Source: Candidatus Hermodarchaeota archaeon | GTDB taxonomy: Archaea > Asgardarchaeota > Hermodarchaeia > Hermodarchaeales > Hermodarchaeaceae | Length of the DNA: 20,812 nucleotides | Reading direction: 5' to 3' | Assembly: GCA_016840065.1 (NCBI GenBank) | Contig: JAEOTB010000009.1 | Location: forward strand, 1-20,812 | Part shown: in pieces, positions 14,928 through 20,812 of the stretch | Layout: each line of letters opens with the position of its first letter | Position numbering within the stretch: the stretch's first letter is position 1 | Notes under the pieces: model-generated | What the model was told of the DNA's origin: nothing | Seen by the model: the letters and a program-made list of their open reading frames with translations, nothing else | Databases searched by the model: none | Position numbers and translations under genes: made by a program

Positions 14928-17528
14928 CTAGGATTTGGGACGCCGACGCCGTAGGATAGGAAATATCTGGTCAGAGTTGATGATACGGTCGCCGTCAACT
15001 TTTACGGCAACAGGATATAACAGGAAGGGCTCGGTTTGAGGACCACCAAGACCACCATGGTTTCCTATGAGCTCCTCGTAAGCTGCGACTGTGCCGTCTT
15101 CGTAGACCGGCGAGATTATGACGAGATCACCGCTGTTCTTGTATTCGGCGAGTCGGCGTAACTGTTGTACCCGGATTTTCTCACGTCCGTATTGTGTCAA
15201 TGGGTTTTTACCTTTGACGCGTCCAGTTCGAAGTCTGATGGAACCTCCTTTGCCAAGGAGTATTGGACCTTCGTTTCTTCCGCCATCAACAATAACGATT
15301 CCGACACCTTCATGGGCTACTAGCTGGTCGATTAACCCCGGATACTTTGCTTCCAAGTTATCTCTAGTCACCCGACTTACCCTGTGTGTGAAATAAACCT
15401 GTGCTAGATTCCCTGAGGCACAAACAACCACGTCCGCATCTTCAATATCCACTGCAGTGCTAGCTTCGATTTCCTTAGTTCGTCTATGGATGAACCCAGT
15501 GGATTGAAGAACATCGCCTTCACCGGCTTCTTTTCCTACCGCTTGCCTCTGCCCCTCGGCCAAATCCTCCGAGAGACCTGCGACATAGCCTGCATGGGCG
15601 TCTTGTGCTTTAACTTCTCCCACTTTAGCCCGTCCAGCTAGCAGTTCAGCAATGTATTCCTTTAGGGATAGTTTGTATCGCTGTTTGAAAGTCCAGCCCC
15701 AAGACTGGCCATGGTCCGCGAGGAGAAACAACTCGTAGGGACGAGGTGCATGGCGTTCGATTACACGGATAAGCCTGCGGAGCTGTTTATCAATTCCCTT
15801 TAGAGACTTGAGTGCGTCAGTCGAAATTGGTCCCGAATGATGCGCTATCTCGTCGTAACCAAGATATGTTGCATAAATCGCTGGAGATCCCCTTAGAAGG
15901 TCTTGACTCACCATCGCTGTGACGATGTCTCTCATGAAAACGTTCGTCGCAGCCCGTACAAACGGGTAGCCGTGAGCGAAGCGGTTCATCCGAGGCTTCC
16001 TTCGGGTAATCGTTTGTTTGATAATCTGCCCAATCTCGACGATAACGTCCCAAATAGTGTGGATGAGGGACCGGTTGAGGGCATAGGGATCAAGCAGATA
16101 GTAATACAAGTCCTCGCTACGTCGTCGACCTGCTTTACTGTCTTCTTTGGTGAGGGTACTCATTGTGAAGAAACTGAAGGAGGCGTCGCCGCTGAGTAGA
16201 TTGCCCACACTTGAACCGCCATTTGTAAGGAGGCCCTTTCCTGATGAGGCACGGTCATCAATAAATTTAGCATCACTAGGGCTGTTTGAGACTACCATGC
16301 GTTTCTCTCGTTTGAGGAACCACCGGAAGGCAGGAATGTCGTCGTTGTTACCGTGAAGAATGCCTGCCTGGCAAGAGGAAGTCATGGAAGGGATACCACA
16401 GTCCCATTGAACAGCTTTGTGGCTACCTGAATCCAGTATCTTCTGAAAAGTGGGCATGTATCCTCGCTCGAGGGCCTTCTGCAAAGCCTGATATCCAAGA
16501 CCATCAATCTCGATAGCGACAAGCCCTGGTGTCTCGGGAACACCCTTCATCCCCGCCTTCGCCCGGAGACGCCAACGAACAATACCTTGGAAGAAGGAGG
16601 AATCCTCATCAATGCCAACCGCGGAAAGGAAAATCGTGTTGACTGCTGAGAGGAGAAGGCTGCCAACGAACGCGTCTAATAGAAACAGGACAGTGAAGTC
16701 GGGAAGGATTAGCTGAAGATAATAGAGAATGAAGGTATTCACGATAATAATGAGGACAAAAGAGATTGCAAAGCCTAACCACCAACGAGCAGCCTGGGTA
16801 ACCAGCTTGGTAACAAGAGGCCGAATCAAGAGATTAATGACAGCCAAAAGCGCCACAGTAAGATAAGCAATACCCAACCTAGTGAGAATATCACCACCAG
16901 TGATGCCGATTTGAATCCCAGGTAAGAATAAAGCAGTCCAGATAAGACAGACCACGTTAAAATTCCACATCAAGACCAAGCGGCCCATGCTGAGGCTTTT
17001 ACCTTCTAAATCACCGAGTTGCCAGACTAGCATTGCTCCGACAAAGAAGACGTTTATCGCTAATAGCATGAAGAAGACATTAAACGCTTGGAACATTAGT
17101 TGCCAGAGCCCAGTTGTGGTCATTCCCGGGTAGAGGACTTCGAGTATGTAACTTGAGACGCTGGCGACTATGCAGAGTGCAGACACCCACAGGCCGAGGG
17201 GGATAGCCCACCATTTCTTGTAGGCGGTTCCTAGTGCTACAATCATCCCTATGATTCCTGCAATCGCAAGAATCCATCCAAAGATGAAGAGCCAGTTGAA
17301 GATCATAGGCAGCGTGAGTCCTGCTTCTCCCATCGCTGCTATTAATGCATCATATACCGCTGGTTCAAGGCTTGATAGGTAACTGGCTACTTGTCCTGGT
17401 GATGAGAGGAGGCCTCCGCCAAAAAGTGCAACGACAAACATAACCAGGTAGTCGATTCCTGCTATGACTCTGACAGCTCGTGGAGCAACCTCTAATTTTA
17501 TTGGACCTTTAGGCTTTTCATCGGTCAA
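14928..17528 (-). CDS. Membrane protein: extra N-terminal TM domain + 4-TM 'phage holin family'-like domain + alkaline-phosphatase-superfamily (NPP-like) phosphodiesterase
   Basis: Holin-IV-like segment ALLAVINLLIRPLV..FVLIIIVNTFIL..AFVGSLLLSAVN. AP/NPP ligands IEIDGL, SMTSSCQ (Thr nucleophile), GYDEIAHH, LADHGQ and NHGG. TTG start with a GAGG RBS. Confidence 0.85.
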   Translation of the reverse strand: MTDEKPKGPIKLEVAPRAVRVIAGIDYLVMFVVALFGGGLLSSPGQVASYLSSLEPAVYDALIAAMGEAGLTLPMIFNWLFIFGWILAIAGIIGMIVALGTAYKKWWAIPLGLWVSALCIVASVSSYILEVLYPGMTTTGLWQLMFQAFNVFFMLLAINVFFVGAMLVWQLGDLEGKSLSMGRLVLMWNFNVVCLIWTALFLPGIQIGITGGDILTRLGIAYLTVALLAVINLLIRPLVTKLVTQAARWWLGFAISFVLIIIVNTFILYYLQLILPDFTVLFLLDAFVGSLLLSAVNTIFLSAVGIDEDSSFFQGIVRWRLRAKAGMKGVPETPGLVAIEIDGLGYQALQKALERGYMPTFQKILDSGSHKAVQWDCGIPSMTSSCQAGILHGNNDDIPAFRWFLKREKRMVVSNSPSDAKFIDDRASSGKGLLTNGGSSVGNLLSGDASFSFFTMSTLTKEDSKAGRRRSEDLYYYLLDPYALNRSLIHTIWDVIVEIGQIIKQTITRRKPRMNRFAHGYPFVRAATNVFMRDIVTAMVSQDLLRGSPAIYATYLGYDEIAHHSGPISTDALKSLKGIDKQLRRLIRVIERHAPRPYELFLLADHGQSWGWTFKQRYKLSLKEYIAELLAGRAKVGEVKAQDAHAGYVAGLSEDLAEGQRQAVGKEAGEGDVLQSTGFIHRRTKEIEASTAVDIEDADVVVCASGNLAQVYFTHRVSRVTRDNLEAKYPGLIDQLVAHEGVGIVIVDGGRNEGPILLGKGGSIRLRTGRVKGKNPLTQYGREKIRVQQLRRLAEYKNSGDLVIISPVYEDGTVAAYEELIGNHGGLGGPQTEPFLLYPVAVKVDGDRIINSDQIFPILRRRRPKS

Positions 17529-17649
17529 ATAGACACTTCCTCAAGAGATTATTCGTGGACCCGATACGTCCTCTTCGATAAGGGGAGCCTTCTATGGTGA
17601 AAGGCTTTAGAAGCTAAAAAGCTTAACCTCGCCTGGTTGTTGTTCGATG

Positions 17650-17670
17650 CGAAAGGCTTTTTTTATAAAA
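17650..17670 (+). promoter_or_regulatory. BRE-TATA promoter of for
   Basis: CGAAAGGCTTTTTTTATAAAA lies about 43-63 nt upstream of ATG 17713. A GGTGA RBS lies at 17701-17705. Confidence 0.6.
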
Positions 17671-17712
17671 GGAACGCGTCTCAAGTAATCCTCTGAGATA
17701 GGTGAAGCGTTG

Positions 17713-19548
17713 ATGAAAGGATGGACAGGTAAGTTAATCCGAGCAAATTTGACCACCCTAAAAGCGAAAATTGAGAAGTACCCCAAGGATCTAGCCCTCG
17801 AGTTTGTTGGAGGGCGTGGCTTTGCGATTAAGACCCTATGGGACGAGGTGCCAGCAGGCACTGATCCTCTCTCCCCTGAGAACAAGTTCATTGCTGCTCT
17901 TGGACCGCTTGCAGGGTTGAATATGCCCAATGTGGGTAAAACCTTAGTGGCAGGTAAGAGTCCACTCACAGGCGGTTATGGTGACGGCAATCTAGGCACT
18001 AACTTTAGCGTTCATCTACGCCGGTCAGGTTATGACTTTCTAATAGTTGAGGGAAAGGCCAAAACTCCTCAGTATCTTCTAATTGAAGATCAGGACATCA
18101 GCTTCCGGGACGCAGACCATCTCTGGGGGAAAGGTACCTTTGAAGCGGAAGCTAAGCTCGTGAAGGACCATGGAAGGGGAGTTGGAACCCTCCTTATCGG
18201 TCAAGGCGGCGAAAAACTTGTGAAATACGCCGTAGTCCGGTCCCTCCTAGGCCGAGCGGGGGGCCGCCCCGGTATGGGCACGATCATGGGCTCAAAACAC
18301 CTCAAAGCAATCGTCGCCAAAGGAACCGGCATGCCAGAACTCCATGACCCAGACACCTTCGAAAAACTAAGCAAAGAAGGATACAAAGACATCAAAGACA
18401 AGCCAGCCACCCCATCCTGGAAAGAACAGGGAACGATGCAGGTCTGGGATTGGGTGCAGAACGTTGGCTATGTGTTACCGACGTATAATTTCCAGGAGGG
18501 TGTGTACGAGCACGCGGATAAACTTAGCTGTGAAGTTATGCAGGAACTACGAGTGAAGACCCTAGGTTGTCCTCGGTGCACGATTAGATGCGGTCACTGT
18601 ATTGAGGATACGGATGGTCAAATAGTCGAGTTGGACTATGAGAACGTCGCCTTACTAGGATCAAATACAGGTATGCGGGACCTCCGTGAGGTGGGAACCC
18701 TGAACCGATTGGCCGACGATTATGGTGTTGACACAATCTCCCTTGGCGCCTCTATCGCATTTGCAATGGAGGCTTCAGAGAAAGGATTGATTGATGAGAA
18801 AATCGAGTGGGGCGACTTCCAGAAGGCTCGGCAACTAACTGAAGATATCTGTCATCGTCGAGGCAAACTCGGTCAACTCCTCGCTGATGGTACTCGTATA
18901 GCTGCAGAAAAAATCGGTAAAGGCTCCATGGACTTTGCAATGCAAATCAAGGGTTTAGAGATTTCAGGCTATGACTGTCACGCTGCACCTGGTATGGCAC
19001 TGTCCTTCGGAGTATCCCAAATTGGTGCACATCACAAGGAAGCCTGGATTATCACCTGGGAAATTGAGCATGGTAGGGAAGGCTATCTTGAGGGTAAGGT
19101 TGACGAAGTTATTCGGTTACAGAGACTTCGTGGTGGAATGTTCGAGAATCTGGTTAGTTGTCGGTTCCCGTGGATCGAGGTTGGTTTTGAACTGGACTGG
19201 TATCCAAGGTATTTTGCGGCGGCTACTGGTTTGAAGTGGTCACTGGAGGACTTGTATAGGGTGTCTGACCGATGTTACTCTCTGATTAGGTCTTACTGGG
19301 TGCGGGAGGCAGGCGGTGACTGGAGTCCTCAGATGGATATGCCTCCAGCCCGTTGGTTTAACGAGCCTTTGACGAAAGGTCCGCTAGCTGGATCTACTCT
19401 TGACCGTGATGGATTTGACAAGCTGCTCTCATGGTATTACGAGAAGCGTGGATGGGATGACCGGGGCATTCCCACGAAAGCGACGCTCAAATCCTTGGGT
19501 CTTGAATGGGCAATCCCAGATTTAGAAAAGGTTGTCAAACTGAACTAG
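17713..19548 (+). CDS. for: Tungsten-dependent aldehyde:ferredoxin oxidoreductase, formaldehyde (FOR) subfamily
   Basis: KSPLTGGYGDGNLGT, GRPGMG..MGSK, CPRCTIRCG (Fe-S), ELDYENVALLGSN, DTIS, GAHHKEAW, LQRLRGG and CRFPWIEVG. These match the Pyrococcus FOR sequence as I recall it. TTG 17710 is an alternative start. Confidence 0.93.
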   Translation: MKGWTGKLIRANLTTLKAKIEKYPKDLALEFVGGRGFAIKTLWDEVPAGTDPLSPENKFIAALGPLAGLNMPNVGKTLVAGKSPLTGGYGDGNLGTNFSVHLRRSGYDFLIVEGKAKTPQYLLIEDQDISFRDADHLWGKGTFEAEAKLVKDHGRGVGTLLIGQGGEKLVKYAVVRSLLGRAGGRPGMGTIMGSKHLKAIVAKGTGMPELHDPDTFEKLSKEGYKDIKDKPATPSWKEQGTMQVWDWVQNVGYVLPTYNFQEGVYEHADKLSCEVMQELRVKTLGCPRCTIRCGHCIEDTDGQIVELDYENVALLGSNTGMRDLREVGTLNRLADDYGVDTISLGASIAFAMEASEKGLIDEKIEWGDFQKARQLTEDICHRRGKLGQLLADGTRIAAEKIGKGSMDFAMQIKGLEISGYDCHAAPGMALSFGVSQIGAHHKEAWIITWEIEHGREGYLEGKVDEVIRLQRLRGGMFENLVSCRFPWIEVGFELDWYPRYFAAATGLKWSLEDLYRVSDRCYSLIRSYWVREAGGDWSPQMDMPPARWFNEPLTKGPLAGSTLDRDGFDKLLSWYYEKRGWDDRGIPTKATLKSLGLEWAIPDLEKVVKLN

Positions 19549-19604
19549 CCACACCTCTTCTACCTAACGAGGGGGAATTCCTTCCTACTGAGGTTCTAGT
19601 CCAT

Positions 19605-20798
19605 CTACCAGGCGCCCCGATGGGCAATGGACATTATTGCAGGGATGACCTCAGCTGGCTCGTTTAGTTCTTCACTGATGTATGCACGACCACCTGTAAG
19701 ATGTGCCATGTAAAAGGCTAGGAAGGGAATTAGGCGGTTTTCTTTTATACCGACTTCGATTAAACTGCTTAGACCTTGTTCTTGAGCGCTCTTTCGTAGT
19801 GAGCCCTCGATGATATCGTGGTGTCTTTTGTCCTTAATCTTGAAGAACTCTTTGTGTAGGTTAACCGTTATAATTGGGATTCGTGCATTGCCTAAAAGAT
19901 GGCACTGGTAGAGCACGTCAGCGATGGCTTCTGGTAGACCAATGTCCACGCTTTCACTTCTACCGAGTCGGATATTTGGAAGAAAATCACTGAACACAAC
20001 GACCAAGGGCACCCCGCCAGGGTTTCGTCTTTTTTCTCTTTTGAGCGTTTCCAAAGCCTTCTGTAACCCTGCAGCAAGGGGAGTGTAGCCTGATAGACGG
20101 AGCGCCATTAATTTAGCTAGTAGGCGAGTCCAGTTAGCTGTTGGCGCTTGGACTTCTGCTGCACCCCAGTCTTTTAGCGCGATTAAACCAACTCGGTCCC
20201 TTGTTCCCTCCAAGCATGCCTTGAAGGAGAGAAGCGAGCGTTGCAGTTTATCAAGACTCTTCAACATGGATACACTTAGGTCAAGTACAAAGACGATTGT
20301 TAGAGGTGTTTTCGCTCTGTAACGTTTCTCTCTGACATCCTGTGGGCGAATCTGTACCTTGAGTGGTTTTTGTCTAGTGCGGGCGCTATGAGGGGCTGCT
20401 GCAGTAATTGAGGCAGGTATGTGAATGCTTCTAGGAGAGCCGTGGGGAATCCCAGCACTCTGGAGTGCACCACCTTCTGCTTGGTGAGAACGAGCGGATC
20501 CTGTGCGTCGCCAAACCTGACGGGCAGCCCATTTTGGTGCTCGGTGACGAACGAAGAAAGGTGATCCTAAGAGGTCTTCTGGCTGGAAGAGTGGCTTCCC
20601 TTCGTCAAGACGAATCAAAGTGGGGAGCTTTGTTCGTGTAGCCCCTGAATCACTAGTGATAGTGAAGGAGGGTTTGCTTCTAGAGGATGGTGGGGCAGCC
20701 GCTGTTGTTGGCGATGACTGGGAGGATCCCTTGTGAGTTGCACGCTTAAACTTCCCTCTCCCGCCTGGTGGACTTCCTCCACTAGTGGTGGTTGGCAT
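19605..20798 (-). CDS. VWA-domain protein, Mg-chelatase subunit D (ChlD/BchD) C-terminal-like; possibly 5'-truncated
   Basis: IPASITAAAPH..IRPQDVREKRY..IVFVLDLSVSM (MIDAS DxSxS), RDRVGLIA, GYTPLAAGL and VVFSDFLPN. The N-terminal region is Pro/Ser/Thr-rich. The frame stays open upstream of 20798 to the window edge. Confidence 0.8.
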   Translation of the reverse strand: MPTTTSGGSPPGGRGKFKRATHKGSSQSSPTTAAAPPSSRSKPSFTITSDSGATRTKLPTLIRLDEGKPLFQPEDLLGSPFFVRHRAPKWAARQVWRRTGSARSHQAEGGALQSAGIPHGSPRSIHIPASITAAAPHSARTRQKPLKVQIRPQDVREKRYRAKTPLTIVFVLDLSVSMLKSLDKLQRSLLSFKACLEGTRDRVGLIALKDWGAAEVQAPTANWTRLLAKLMALRLSGYTPLAAGLQKALETLKREKRRNPGGVPLVVVFSDFLPNIRLGRSESVDIGLPEAIADVLYQCHLLGNARIPIITVNLHKEFFKIKDKRHHDIIEGSLRKSAQEQGLSSLIEVGIKENRLIPFLAFYMAHLTGGRAYISEELNEPAEVIPAIMSIAHRGAW

Positions 20799-20812
20799 GA
20801 TGAACCCAGGGC

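Noticed and set aside
14928-17528. Prophage suggested by the holin-like domain
   Set aside because: The domain is fused to a phosphodiesterase as in cellular genes, and there are no integrase, capsid, terminase or lysin genes.
19569-19587. Hairpin terminator between for and the VWA gene
   Set aside because: It is only an 8-bp palindrome (GGAATTCC) with G-T extensions, with no loop or U-tract.
19605-20798. Evidence of chlorophyll synthesis
   Set aside because: ChlD-like VWA proteins are widespread in non-phototrophic archaea, and no chlH or other bch/chl genes are in the window.

Overview
A gene-dense archaeal window, most likely from an Asgard archaeon. This is inferred from longin-like domains, GGTGA/GAGG ribosome-binding sites, BRE-TATA-like promoters, a tungsten FOR enzyme and C-terminally anchored surface proteins. 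It holds about 15 CDSs: a 5'-truncated membrane-anchored Ntn-hydrolase, an amidohydrolase, two tandem paralogous TPR + longin-like proteins, two MFS transporters, a class III sirtuin (CobB), a VOC protein, a tandem Ada-like Zn-finger + alpha/beta-hydrolase-fold protein, an unknown membrane protein, a 7-bladed beta-propeller/FN3 surface protein, a HIT hydrolase, a holin-like/phosphodiesterase fusion, formaldehyde:ferredoxin oxidoreductase and a ChlD-like VWA protein. I saw no RNA genes, CRISPR arrays or mobile elements. The best candidate for an undescribed system is the TPR-longin pair (1928-6051). Its N-terminal/TPR part has diverged, its longin part is strongly conserved, and a cationic amphipathic helix joins the two, which fits a receptor-to-small-GTPase signalling module. 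Other notable items are the Zn-finger pseudo-hydrolase, a duplication of the cobB 3' end that contains a palindrome, alternative inverted repeats upstream of 10386, and sharp blocks of A/C-ending versus G/T-ending codons. Family calls come from motif recognition and hand alignment, not database searches.
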